64,000 nt of DNA from Flavobacteriales bacterium (GCA_947457565.1 CANGWH010000001.1:7226-71225), one strand, 5' to 3'. Shown: positions 49,120 through 59,339, counted from the first letter of the stretch. Notes: generated by a model not told the origin, from the sequence alone. Numbers and translations: made by a program.

Positions 49120-50340
49120 TTATGCATCTAATTCGCCAGCAATTACATTCATTGAGCTCATTGTTAATATAGCATCGCTGAGCACAGAATTTTTAATCAT
49201 TTCAGGATATGCTTGATAGTAGATAAAACAGGGTCTTCGGAAGTGTAAACGATAAGGGGTTCTGCCTCCATCACTTACCAAATAATATCCTAACTCACCG
49301 TTTCCACCTTCAACTGCAAAATAAACCTCACCTTTAGGAATAGCTGTTTCTCCCATTACAATTTTGAAATGGTAAATAAGCGATTCCATACTTCGATAAA
49401 CTTCTTCTTTCGGTGGCATATAAAAATCTGGCACATCGGCGTGGTGCAAACCAGAAGGCATTTTTGCAAGTGCTTGTTTAATTATACTTACACTTTGTCT
49501 GATTTCTTCTTGTCTTACCACATAGCGATCATAGGTGTCACCATCTTTTCCTATTGGTACAATAAAATCAAAATCTTCATAACTGCAGTAAGGGTTCATC
49601 ACTCGAACATCATAATCTACCCCCGCAGCTCTCAAATTTGGACCAGCAAATGAATAAGCCAATGCTCTTTCCGGAGAAATTGGACCTGCCCCTATTACAC
49701 GATCCATGAAAATTCTATTTCGAGTTAACAGTTTATCAAATTCATCAAAATTCTTTATGAATTCCTCTAAAAACTTATTGAGTTTAGCACTAAAAACAGG
49801 TGAAAAATCACGCTCAAAACCACCGATTCTGCCAATGTTAGTAGTGAGTCGAGCACCACAAACTTCTTCAAATAATTCATAAATCTTTTCTCTTTCTTGG
49901 AACATGTAAGTGAATCCCGTTAACGCACCCGTATCCACCCCGATTACTGAATTACATACTAAATGATCGGCAATTCTTGCTAATTCCATGATAATTACAC
50001 GCATGTAATCCACTTTCTTAGGAACTTCAATTCCTGCCAATTTCTCAACAGTAAGGTGCCATCCTATATTATTAATGGGAGAAGAACAATAATTCAATCG
50101 ATCTGTTATCGGTGTTATTTGATTAAACGGCCTTCTTTCCGCTAATTTTTCAAATGCTCTATGAATATACCCAACTGTTTGTTCTGCCTCAATAATACGC
50201 TCACCATCCACTTTCAAAACATTTTGAAATATACCATGGGTTGCTGGGTGCGTAGGTCCGAGGTTTAAGGTGGCGATATCCCCGTCGATGGTATCTCTGC
50301 TTACCATCTGACCTTGTTTGTTAAATGTAATCTCGCTCAT
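49120..50340 (-). CDS. nuoD: NADH-quinone oxidoreductase subunit D
   Basis: 49-kDa subunit motifs; separate from nuoC (not fused). Confidence 0.9.
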   Translation of the reverse strand: MSEITFNKQGQMVSRDTIDGDIATLNLGPTHPATHGIFQNVLKVDGERIIEAEQTVGYIHRAFEKLAERRPFNQITPITDRLNYCSSPINNIGWHLTVEKLAGIEVPKKVDYMRVIIMELARIADHLVCNSVIGVDTGALTGFTYMFQEREKIYELFEEVCGARLTTNIGRIGGFERDFSPVFSAKLNKFLEEFIKNFDEFDKLLTRNRIFMDRVIGAGPISPERALAYSFAGPNLRAAGVDYDVRVMNPYCSYEDFDFIVPIGKDGDTYDRYVVRQEEIRQSVSIIKQALAKMPSGLHHADVPDFYMPPKEEVYRSMESLIYHFKIVMGETAIPKGEVYFAVEGGNGELGYYLVSDGGRTPYRLHFRRPCFIYYQAYPEMIKNSVLSDAILTMSSMNVIAGELDA

Positions 50341-50840
50341 CGTCCAAAAAATGTATTATTTTTATCATCACGGGTTTCATCTTCAAGAGCATACTGCTTT
50401 CGTAAAGGATGATAATCCATTTCGTCCATGTTTAAAATTCGCTTTAAATTGGGATGGCCTTCAAAAATAATCCCATAAAAATCAAAAGTTTCTCGCTCCA
50501 TCCAATTTGCACCAGGATAAACATTTACCATGGTAGGAATTGAAATGCTTTCTTCTGAAAGATAAACTCGAATTCTAATTCTATGGTTAGAAACTAAGTT
50601 GTGTAAATGATAAACTACTTCAAATTCAGAATCTTTTCGTTCAGGATAATGAGCACCGCACAAATCCGTAAGAAAGATGAATCCGTGATTATCTCTAAGC
50701 TGTTGACATACAGCAACAACATGATCGGTTGAAACCACAAAATTCAACATCCCATAATCATCCACAGAACTTTGTGCTGTGCTTTGGGTTAACTCTGCAA
50801 CTACGTTAATTATGGAATCGTTATTGGTGTGTACAGTCAT
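50337..50840 (-). CDS. nuoC: NADH-quinone oxidoreductase subunit C
   Basis: 30-kDa subunit; 167 aa. Confidence 0.85.
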   Translation of the reverse strand: MTVHTNNDSIINVVAELTQSTAQSSVDDYGMLNFVVSTDHVVAVCQQLRDNHGFIFLTDLCGAHYPERKDSEFEVVYHLHNLVSNHRIRIRVYLSEESISIPTMVNVYPGANWMERETFDFYGIIFEGHPNLKRILNMDEMDYHPLRKQYALEDETRDDKNNTFFGR

Positions 50841-51388
50841 TATTTTTCAGTAGTTTCAATGTTATAACTTTCCAACATTCTCATGTATTCATCAGAATTT
50901 CTTCGTCTTAAACTTTCGTTTTTCGCTAATTCCTGAATTTTCATCAAGCCATCAATAATTTGTTCTGGTCTTGGAGGACAACCGGGCACATACACATCTA
51001 CGGGAATAATTCTATCGATGCCTTGAAGCACTGAATAGGTATCAAATATTCCACCACTACATGCACAAGCACCTACAGACAAAACCCATTTGGGTTCAGC
51101 CATTTGATCGTATACTTGTTTTAAAACGGGACCCATTTTCTTAGCAATTGTCCCCATCACCATTAGCAAATCCGTTTGTCTGGGAGTAAAGGCTAATCGT
51201 TCTGAACCGAAACGAGCCAAATCATAATTAGCACCCATGGTTGCCATAAATTCGATGCCACAACACGATGTGGCAAATGGCAAAGGCCACAAAGAATTAG
51301 CACGAGCCAATCCAATAACTTTGTCCAATGATGTTGCAAAAAAGCCTTGACCTTCAATACCTTCCGGTGCTTCTCCAATTTTTACCAT
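50840..51388 (-). CDS. nuoB: NADH-quinone oxidoreductase subunit B
   Basis: CCxxE ... GCPP cluster-N2 motifs (SCCGIEF, VPGCPPRPE). Confidence 0.9.
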   Translation of the reverse strand: MVKIGEAPEGIEGQGFFATSLDKVIGLARANSLWPLPFATSCCGIEFMATMGANYDLARFGSERLAFTPRQTDLLMVMGTIAKKMGPVLKQVYDQMAEPKWVLSVGACACSGGIFDTYSVLQGIDRIIPVDVYVPGCPPRPEQIIDGLMKIQELAKNESLRRRNSDEYMRMLESYNIETTEK

Positions 51389-51403
51389 AGTTGTTATTAT
51401 TAA

Positions 51404-51769
51404 TTATTTTTCCCACTCAAGGGCTCCGCGTTTCCAAACATATAAGAAACCCATTAAAAATATGGAAACGAATGCAAGTACTGCCATAAAACCATCCCAT
51501 CCCATTGATTTAAAATTAACGGCATAGGGATAAAAGAAAATCACCTCTACATCGAATAACACAAACAAAATAGCGGATAAAAAGTACTTAACAGATACAG
51601 GAAATCTAGCATCTCCTTTGATTTCAATTCCGCATTCAAAATTATCTTCTTTTTTAGCGGTTTTTCGCGATGGACCTAACAAATGAGATATACTCAATGT
51701 TAAAACGACAAATCCTACCGCAACACCCATTTGTAATAAAATCGGTATATAAGATTCTGGTGTACTCAT
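51404..51769 (-). CDS. nuoA: NADH-quinone oxidoreductase subunit A (start set at MSTPESY; the track ORF extends 25 codons upstream)
   Basis: 3-TM NuoA with FECGIE motif; 121 aa from the chosen Met. Confidence 0.8.
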   Translation of the reverse strand: MSTPESYIPILLQMGVAVGFVVLTLSISHLLGPSRKTAKKEDNFECGIEIKGDARFPVSVKYFLSAILFVLFDVEVIFFYPYAVNFKSMGWDGFMAVLAFVSIFLMGFLYVWKRGALEWEK

Positions 51770-51875
51770 GTTCGTGCGCAAATTTAATAAATCCAACATA
51801 GTTAAGCGGATTTTTGTTTGATAATTTGATAAATTCCAAATCAATTTTTCAATTAACTTTGTTTGTTACAAAATT

Positions 51876-52667
51876 ATGGCTAAAAAAATATTAACCCAAG
51901 TTATTGTCCTGTTAACCGCATCTACCATTTTTATCACTTTTAATGCTTCCAGCAATGGGCGTGGAAGTGAAGATAGAACAGGTGCACCTGGAAGCTCTGG
52001 TAATTGTTCATCTTGCCATGGTGGCGGCAATTTAAATGGTCAATTAAGTCTTGAGTTAATAGATAAAGGTAGTTCAACTGTTGTAACCGAATATATCCCC
52101 GGTAATCAATACATTGTATCTATAAAAGCATCCGGTACATCAACAAAAATGGGATTTCAAAGTACAGTTTTGAATGCTAGCAATCAGAACATGGGTTCCA
52201 TTTCCAATCCATCTCCGGGTGCTGCCGTTTACACCAGTGGAAGAAATATTGCCGGACATACATCTGGCAGCAGCACGGGAATTTGGTCGTTCGAATGGAC
52301 TGCTCCATCTTCAGACCAAGGGGCTGCAACTATTTATGGTGTTTCTGTAATTTCCAATAAAAACAATTCAGATAATGGCGATCAAGTTGTAACACAAAAA
52401 ATCACTATTAATGCTGCAGCAAGTAATTCACTTAATACTACTGAAAATGTTGGGCTCACAATTTATCCGAATCCAACTAGGGATATTGTGCATTTTAGTA
52501 AAAACATAGAACAAGTTGCCATATTTGATTTATCCGGTAAATTAATTTTAACCGAGGACATCAATTCTAACTCATTGATTTTAACTACATTACAAAGTGG
52601 AATGTATATAGTTAGAATGAAAACAGGTAATAACCTCTTTTACCAACGAATATTATTAAAGAAGTAA
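51876..52667 (+). CDS. Small secreted protein with a T9SS type-A C-terminal sorting domain and an N-terminal CXXCH motif
   Basis: Signal peptide MAKKILTQVIVLLTASTIFITF; GNCSSCHGGG motif; C-terminus LTIYPNPTRDIVHF...GMYIVRMKTGNNLFYQRILLKK. Confidence 0.7.
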   Translation: MAKKILTQVIVLLTASTIFITFNASSNGRGSEDRTGAPGSSGNCSSCHGGGNLNGQLSLELIDKGSSTVVTEYIPGNQYIVSIKASGTSTKMGFQSTVLNASNQNMGSISNPSPGAAVYTSGRNIAGHTSGSSTGIWSFEWTAPSSDQGAATIYGVSVISNKNNSDNGDQVVTQKITINAAASNSLNTTENVGLTIYPNPTRDIVHFSKNIEQVAIFDLSGKLILTEDINSNSLILTTLQSGMYIVRMKTGNNLFYQRILLKK

Positions 52668-52705
52668 AAATTAAAATACTTAAGATAATTCGATCCTTTT
52701 GGATT

Positions 52706-53725
52706 CTATTTCCGTTGATTTAACCAATTATGGTAAGCCTTAGCATTGGCTTGATGCTCGGACAAATTAATTGCAAAGTTATGCGTACCCGAATGGTCAG
52801 GTTTTGCACAAAAAAATAAAAACGGATATTCTTTCCCAAACAATACAGAATCAATGGCCTTAGGATCTGGAATACACAAAGGACCCGGTGGTAAGCCTTT
52901 ATTTAAATAGGTATTATAAGGCGAATTAATTTTTGTATCGCTTAATAGAACCCTACCTGATTTACCTCGAGCAAAAACTACAGTTGGATCAGCTTCCAAA
53001 CGCATATCCTTTATCAATCGTAATTTATAAACAGATGCTATTTTGCCAAATTCAACGGTGGCATTACTTTCTTTAGTTACTATTGATGCGAGAATTATAA
53101 TTTGCTCTAGAGATAATTTCCTATTTTGAGCTGCAGTTCTTCGTTTATAGTTCCAATATTTTTTGTAGGATTCCAAAAACATCCTATCCAAAAATTCTCT
53201 AGGGGAATAATTCGCTTTTAAATTATAGGTATTTGCAATAAACAAACAATGAGCTGTTTGTGAAGTTAAACCGTAGCTATGGTAAACGGAATCTTGTAAG
53301 AACCAAGATGCAACAGAAGAATTTACCCAGCGAAAATTCTGCGTATTCTGTTGATAATCATACACAACATCATCAATTACTTCTTTCAAAGTTCCACTTG
53401 ATCTCAATACCCAATCAAAATTGGTTACTTTATAATTCTTAATCAATTTTAATAAATTCCAAGCATTGGTATTAGGTCGAACAGAAACAATAATTTTCTT
53501 ATTGAATTCAACCTTTTGTTGCTGTGCCCACCAAGCTACTCCAGGATATAGCTTAATACCTAAACTTTTATAAACCAACTTATTGATTGAATCACTGGTT
53601 AAATTTGCATTAATAACCAATTTTATATTCTTAGTGTTGGTAGATTTCCATTGTTGGACAAAAACAAATAGGGACAAGCTCAATAATACCGGGATAAATA
53701 CTGAAATTAATTTTCTCGCTTTCAC
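52706..53725 (-). CDS. mltG: Endolytic murein transglycosylase MltG (YceG-like)
   Basis: N-terminal TM anchor; YceG-like domain with a C-terminal GLPPGPLCIP motif. Confidence 0.75.
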   Translation of the reverse strand: MKARKLISVFIPVLLSLSLFVFVQQWKSTNTKNIKLVINANLTSDSINKLVYKSLGIKLYPGVAWWAQQQKVEFNKKIIVSVRPNTNAWNLLKLIKNYKVTNFDWVLRSSGTLKEVIDDVVYDYQQNTQNFRWVNSSVASWFLQDSVYHSYGLTSQTAHCLFIANTYNLKANYSPREFLDRMFLESYKKYWNYKRRTAAQNRKLSLEQIIILASIVTKESNATVEFGKIASVYKLRLIKDMRLEADPTVVFARGKSGRVLLSDTKINSPYNTYLNKGLPPGPLCIPDPKAIDSVLFGKEYPFLFFCAKPDHSGTHNFAINLSEHQANAKAYHNWLNQRK

Positions 53726-53842
53726 ACTACAAAATTCAACGTATTAATTGCGATAAAACAAACTTTTTGCAAAAAATGCAAAAACGATACTTAAACTGCT
53801 ATTCCCATCAAATTATTAATTGAATTGAAGTAGGTTTGCACA

Positions 53843-54610
53843 ATGAAAATTGCATTGGTTGGCTATGGAAAGATGGGTAAAGAAATTGAAACCGTCGCTA
53901 CCGCAAGAAACCACGAAATTGTTGCACGATATACTTCACAACATCCATTAAATAACGAAAATTGGGTAGACTGCGATGTGGCAATTGAATTTACAAACCC
54001 AGAAATTGCAGTTTCAAATATTGAATTTTGTTTATCTAAAGGTGTCGCCATTTGTATTGGAAGCACTGGTTGGTATAATGAATTACCGAGATTAAAAGAA
54101 TACTGCTTTTTGAATAACGCTGCAATGCTTGCCTCTACTAATTTTAGTATTGGGGTTAATTTGTATTGGAAAATTGCTGAATATACAGCAAGACTTTTTC
54201 AATCAATTCCTAATTACTCCGTAGGTATTGTTGAAAATCACCACTTAGAAAAAAAAGATGCCCCAAGTGGAACAGCTATAACTTTAGCAGAAAAATATAT
54301 AGAAAACCAAGATCGCTACAAACAATGGGCGTTAGCGGATACGTTATGGGAAGAACAAGCGGTTCAATTTGATGCCATTGAAGAATTTAAAAAAATGACT
54401 ACTAAAACCTTACCTATTATTTCTCTAAGAGAAAATAATGTGCCGGGTACCCATCAATTATTTCAAATTGGTCAAAATGATTTTCTTAAATTAGAACATC
54501 AGGCAAATAATAGAAAAGGGTTTGCAGAAGGTGCCGTAATTGCGGCTGAATGGTTATTTAGTAAAAAAGGTGTTTTTAGCATGGCAGACATGCTTAAATT
54601 TGAACAATAA
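53843..54610 (+). CDS. dapB: 4-hydroxy-tetrahydrodipicolinate reductase
   Basis: N-terminal Rossmann MKIALVGYGKMGKEI and DapB C-terminal domain. Confidence 0.85.
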   Translation: MKIALVGYGKMGKEIETVATARNHEIVARYTSQHPLNNENWVDCDVAIEFTNPEIAVSNIEFCLSKGVAICIGSTGWYNELPRLKEYCFLNNAAMLASTNFSIGVNLYWKIAEYTARLFQSIPNYSVGIVENHHLEKKDAPSGTAITLAEKYIENQDRYKQWALADTLWEEQAVQFDAIEEFKKMTTKTLPIISLRENNVPGTHQLFQIGQNDFLKLEHQANNRKGFAEGAVIAAEWLFSKKGVFSMADMLKFEQ

Positions 54611-54626
54611 TTAAGTAATTGCTTAC

Positions 54627-56189
54627 ATGGAGAGTTTTAATTTAGGTCTATTTGCTTGCCTATGGGTTATAGCTTTTGTTCTTACTAGAATTGGTCTAAT
54701 GCGAATGTTTGTATTGGCTGGTAAGGCACCTTATTTAGCATGGATTCCAATATTAAGTTGGTGGCATTGGATAAAAATTGTTGGCAGACCTAATTGGTAT
54801 ATGCTAGGTATGGTGATTCCAGGATTGAACATTTTGTTCAGTTTTAATATCACCTTAGATATTCTTAGGGCATTTGGTAAAACAAAATTTTGGGAACAAT
54901 TACTTGGAACTGTTTTGAGCTTTGTTTATTTTCCATTACTTGCTTTCGACAAGAAAATCAATTACCTGGGACAAGCTGGAACTAAAGAATGGAGAGAAAA
55001 GAACATTAAACCTTCGGGTTGGGCTCGTGAATGGGGAGATGCTATTTTATTTGCCGCTTACGTTGCAGGTGGCATGCGGGCTTTGTATTTCGATTTATAT
55101 CAAATCCCCACTCCTTCCATGGAATCAAACCTAATGGTTGGTGACTATTTAGTGGTTAGTCGCGTAAATGTTGGAATGAGAATCCCAATGACTCCTATTA
55201 CATTACCTATTGTTTCTCCTAAAGAAATTGCTGGTGTAAAAGCATATGCTGATTTTTTAGAACTCCCTTATATGCGACTCCCTGGTTGGTATACCATAAA
55301 AAACAATGACGTGATTGTTTTTAATTGGCCCGCCGATGGGGAACAATTCCCAATTGATAAAAAAGACAACTATGTAAAACGTTGTGTTGCAATTCCTGGA
55401 GACACCTATGAAATGAGAAATGGCCAGATCTATGTTAATAACAAAATCTTACCGGTTGTTGGAAGGACGCAAAAAAGATATTTAGCATTAATGAAAGAAT
55501 TAGTCACTGAAGATTTTTTATATGAAAACAATCTTGGTGATTTTCATTTACCGAGCGAGAAAGATGCACAAAACTACATAGAAGCGGCTAAAAAAAGAGG
55601 AATTACAATTCAACCCTACTTGTTTTATACTTGGCCAGAGAACTTTGAACGATTAAAAAAGCATCCGGCAGTTCTAAGTATTTTTGAAGAAACAACATCC
55701 ATAGACAGTGATAAACCAATTTTTCCTGATACGAATGCTACGTTATTCCTTCGACACCGATGGGATGTAAATAATTATGGACCTGTTTATCTTCCTAAAC
55801 GGGGCGAGACCATTAAATTAACCAAGGAAAATTGGGATTTCCTAAAGTTGGCCATTAACAAATACGAAGAACAAGAAATTGAATATTCTAATGGTCAATT
55901 TATAGATATAAAAAGTGGATCTGTCCTTACATCTTACACATTTAAAATGGGCTATTATTGGATGATTGGGGATAATAGGTATAACAGTTTAGATTCTCGA
56001 TATTGGGGATATGTTCCTGAAAATCATATAATTGGTAAACCGTTATTTACTTTTTTCAGTAAAAAGAAAGTGATTTCAATTGATCCGGAGACATTTCTAC
56101 CTGTAATGGGACATGGTGGACCTGTATACGATTCAAAAGGTTGGTTAAAAGGCATTCGCTACGATAGAATTTTCAAATGGATTGATTAG
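54627..56189 (+). CDS. lepB: Signal peptidase I (long Bacteroidota form)
   Basis: Catalytic Ser region (TPSMESNLMVGDYLVVSRV) and C-terminal box GDNRYNSLDSRYWGYVP. Confidence 0.85.
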   Translation: MESFNLGLFACLWVIAFVLTRIGLMRMFVLAGKAPYLAWIPILSWWHWIKIVGRPNWYMLGMVIPGLNILFSFNITLDILRAFGKTKFWEQLLGTVLSFVYFPLLAFDKKINYLGQAGTKEWREKNIKPSGWAREWGDAILFAAYVAGGMRALYFDLYQIPTPSMESNLMVGDYLVVSRVNVGMRIPMTPITLPIVSPKEIAGVKAYADFLELPYMRLPGWYTIKNNDVIVFNWPADGEQFPIDKKDNYVKRCVAIPGDTYEMRNGQIYVNNKILPVVGRTQKRYLALMKELVTEDFLYENNLGDFHLPSEKDAQNYIEAAKKRGITIQPYLFYTWPENFERLKKHPAVLSIFEETTSIDSDKPIFPDTNATLFLRHRWDVNNYGPVYLPKRGETIKLTKENWDFLKLAINKYEEQEIEYSNGQFIDIKSGSVLTSYTFKMGYYWMIGDNRYNSLDSRYWGYVPENHIIGKPLFTFFSKKKVISIDPETFLPVMGHGGPVYDSKGWLKGIRYDRIFKWID

Positions 56190-56228
56190 TCTCCTATTGC
56201 TACATTAACCCACTACTTTAAACTACAC

Positions 56229-58007
56229 TTAAAACAACTGTTGTTCTTCGTACCAATTCCAACGAAGTCCTAAATAGATGTAATATTCACGGGACGATTG
56301 ATGACCTGTTTGTGTTCTAAATTGGGCGGCTAAATACACCCACATATTGGGCATTAACTCATAAAACACCTGTGTTTTTGAATGCAGAATATTTCCTACT
56401 TCTCCTTGCAGTATATTAACGTTATCGTTAGCAATTCTAGTTCTATAATCGCGTCTAATATCGCTTCCGTAGTTTTCACCGGTTGTAGAAAAATCGAAAC
56501 CTCTTACTGCGAAAAATGTAGTGTGTGTAAATAAGAAACCTCTAATAAATGCAGGTTTATATCGAACACTAAAATTTAATTCTCTAAAATTAGATTCCAA
56601 TGGGTGGGCTAATGCTTGATTAAAATTAACCGCGTTAGCATCCATAGAAGAGTGGCTGTAGGTAAATGGTCTTATTGAATTTACCTCTGCTTGAATAATA
56701 ATACTTCCAAATTTTGGATATACAGCACTTAAATTAGGTTTAACGTACATTCCTAATTGGTATCCGTGTTTATTTCTCCAAGTATTGCCTTTTATAAGAT
56801 CGCCAAACGAAAATTCATCCAGTAAAAATTGAGCATACAACAATGCATTTTTCTGTCGAATTTTACCATCAAACATAATTAACACATTATCCGGCGAGCC
56901 CAAATCGCGTTCAATAGATCGATAAAAAATAATTGGATTCCAATAGTTTACATCCATTCCACCGGTAGGTCTAGTTTGTAAAATCATTTCTGAAAGTCCA
57001 AGTTCAATCCAATTTTCTAATTTCTCATCATTCTTATTATTTAACCAATCGGGTTTAGCAAATTCCAGGCTCGCCCTGTGCATTGCCATATATTTTTTAG
57101 GTAATAATCGCGATCCTGAAGGTTTATCCGTAGCGGATAATTCTTGATATAGATTTTGATATCTAAACGGGCCTAATCGAGTGTTAACTTTCAAATACGC
57201 TGTTGCTGGAGAAAAATTACTGATTAATAGACTTCTATAACCATTTCCAATGTGTTGATTATCATGCCCTGCCGATATTAACACATGTGTTTTACTACTA
57301 GCAGAATTAACCACACTGGCATACATATTTGCTCTAGCTCTGAAAAAATCGGAATACCCATATAAGTTTTTATTCCAATAACCCACGTTGGGCGTTACGT
57401 TAAACGTATCTTGGTATCTAGTAATATGTTTCTGAAAATAAAATTGCGATTCCACCAATTGTGTGGAGAACGATAGATTTTTAGAAAACTGACCAAATAG
57501 TTCAATGCCTTTGGTGTTGTTTAGATACCTAGAAGTATAGGGAGTTTTGGGAGAAAATTCTGTATGAAGTATAGGATTTACAACAAAAAAAGAACCCTTG
57601 TTTGTTGATTTATCCATCCAAGAATAAAACCATGCAGGCGTTTTTAAAATTGTATTTTTACCTAAGGGTCTTAAAAATCTTAAGAACCTAGGTGTGTATT
57701 GGGGCATTAATGAAAAATTAGGATGTGCATACGTAAAATATTGGTGCGGTTTTATAGTACGAATTGGAGGTAGTAATGTTAATTCGGTATAGTGTCTATT
57801 TCTAACAACCGTATCAAATCCCCAATTTGCCAGTAATGAATTATACTCTTGAGGATAAAATCGTTCTGTATTTATACCATGCAAATTAGATAACATCATG
57901 TAAGTTTCTTGCAGGGAATTGGCGGGATAACTTCTAACCTGTGCCTTTGATGAATGTAAAAAGACACATTCTATCGTCAAAAGAATTAATAATTTCTTTA
58001 ATGCCAT
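56229..58007 (-). CDS. Predicted outer-membrane beta-barrel protein of unknown function (possibly Wzi-like capsule-assembly family)
   Basis: Signal peptide MALKKLLILLTIECVFLHSSKAQ; C-terminal ...YLGLRWNWYEEQQLF aromatic terminus. Confidence 0.45.
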   Translation of the reverse strand: MALKKLLILLTIECVFLHSSKAQVRSYPANSLQETYMMLSNLHGINTERFYPQEYNSLLANWGFDTVVRNRHYTELTLLPPIRTIKPHQYFTYAHPNFSLMPQYTPRFLRFLRPLGKNTILKTPAWFYSWMDKSTNKGSFFVVNPILHTEFSPKTPYTSRYLNNTKGIELFGQFSKNLSFSTQLVESQFYFQKHITRYQDTFNVTPNVGYWNKNLYGYSDFFRARANMYASVVNSASSKTHVLISAGHDNQHIGNGYRSLLISNFSPATAYLKVNTRLGPFRYQNLYQELSATDKPSGSRLLPKKYMAMHRASLEFAKPDWLNNKNDEKLENWIELGLSEMILQTRPTGGMDVNYWNPIIFYRSIERDLGSPDNVLIMFDGKIRQKNALLYAQFLLDEFSFGDLIKGNTWRNKHGYQLGMYVKPNLSAVYPKFGSIIIQAEVNSIRPFTYSHSSMDANAVNFNQALAHPLESNFRELNFSVRYKPAFIRGFLFTHTTFFAVRGFDFSTTGENYGSDIRRDYRTRIANDNVNILQGEVGNILHSKTQVFYELMPNMWVYLAAQFRTQTGHQSSREYYIYLGLRWNWYEEQQLF

Positions 58008-58035
58008 AACTTGGCACTAAATTATGACTAATGCA

Positions 58036-58329
58036 TCAATTAAGCGAAATAGGTGGGATCATTTGATCGGCAGAATTATAAAACATTAAGGAATGAACGG
58101 TAGGTGTAAGAAATTCAATTATCGGCATTTGCGATAAAAAATCCCATACTTGTTCTTCGTTTTCGGCTTCTACCGAGCACCACCATTTATCTAAATTTTC
58201 GGTAACAGCATACATTAATAAAAAGCCTTTTTGAAACATATCCTCTATAAAATCACGCTGTTTCGGAATAAGTTTTGCCATTTGGACTCCCATAACCGGA
58301 ATTGGACTTTCTACAATGTAAATGGCCAT
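58036..58329 (-). CDS. Small hypothetical protein (97 aa), muconolactone-isomerase-like / Dabb-like pattern
   Basis: ATGA overlap with the upstream asparaginase gene. Weak pattern similarity (W....E.L...L..LP...F...VH.LMF) to MIase-like folds. Confidence 0.4.
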   Translation of the reverse strand: MAIYIVESPIPVMGVQMAKLIPKQRDFIEDMFQKGFLLMYAVTENLDKWWCSVEAENEEQVWDFLSQMPIIEFLTPTVHSLMFYNSADQMIPPISLN

Positions 58330-59339
58330 TATAAATTTATATTAAGAGGAACAGAATGTGAATCTCCAACGGTATTTCCTCCGAAATTCACTATTGGAAC
58401 ATTACCATACTTTTCCAATTGTTCAATTTCAGATTTAGTAAGAAGTCCCAATTCTTTTAATAATTGATGAGCCACTTGATATTGAGGTCCCATTTTACCA
58501 TCGTCTATTTTAATTGCTATACCCCATTCCTTTTCAGGAATCGCCAAAGAATAAACCCCATCAGCTCCAGTTTTACCAATAATTCTACCTTGAGTAACGG
58601 TCATTAAGTCGGAACAATACCGTTTAGTTCCAGCAACCATTAACGGAAAAGAAGTTACAGCTGTTACGATTCTTTTACAAGCGGCAGTTATAGTTGGCTG
58701 ATTAAATTTTTCAGGGCAAATTAAATTCTTATAGGCAACTGCCTGATTGTATAAGGGCATTCCAAATATCGGAGCAGAACACCCGTCTACGCCAATGATT
58801 AGTTCTTCTTTGGTAAGTTCATAAAAGAGAGCCGTTATTTTCATTATTTCTTGATGCAACGGATGATCTAACATCAGATAATTTTGGGTAGGTAAGTTTA
58901 AATACTTACAATAGGCCAAAAAACCACTGTGTTTACCGGAACAATTATTATGTAATGCCGATGGCTCTTTATCCGCTTTAATTAATTGAACGAAGTCCTT
59001 TTTCAATGTGGGTTGTTGGGCTCCACATTGCAATTGATCAACGGTTAGATTAACTTTTAAAAGCATTTCTTCTACGTTATTTACATGCATTGGTTCACCG
59101 TTATGTGAACCGCACATCAATGCTAAATCCTTATTAGAAAACCCAAATTGATCGAAAGCCCCCGAGATTAGCAAGGGCAAATGTTGAAAAAACTTTAATG
59201 CGGACCTAGGGAAGGAAACTTGGTTGATATCGCCAATGCTATAAATTACTTGTCCTTTTTTGTTTACAATACAAATTGAACCTCTATGGAAACTCTCCAC
59301 TACTCCCCCACGGGTATTTTCTACTAAAACTGGATTCAT
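58329..59339 (-). CDS. L-asparaginase II-family protein (Asparaginase_II, PF06089-like)
   Basis: N-terminal VESFHRGS motif and overall 336-aa family architecture. Confidence 0.7.
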   Translation of the reverse strand: MNPVLVENTRGGVVESFHRGSICIVNKKGQVIYSIGDINQVSFPRSALKFFQHLPLLISGAFDQFGFSNKDLALMCGSHNGEPMHVNNVEEMLLKVNLTVDQLQCGAQQPTLKKDFVQLIKADKEPSALHNNCSGKHSGFLAYCKYLNLPTQNYLMLDHPLHQEIMKITALFYELTKEELIIGVDGCSAPIFGMPLYNQAVAYKNLICPEKFNQPTITAACKRIVTAVTSFPLMVAGTKRYCSDLMTVTQGRIIGKTGADGVYSLAIPEKEWGIAIKIDDGKMGPQYQVAHQLLKELGLLTKSEIEQLEKYGNVPIVNFGGNTVGDSHSVPLNINL

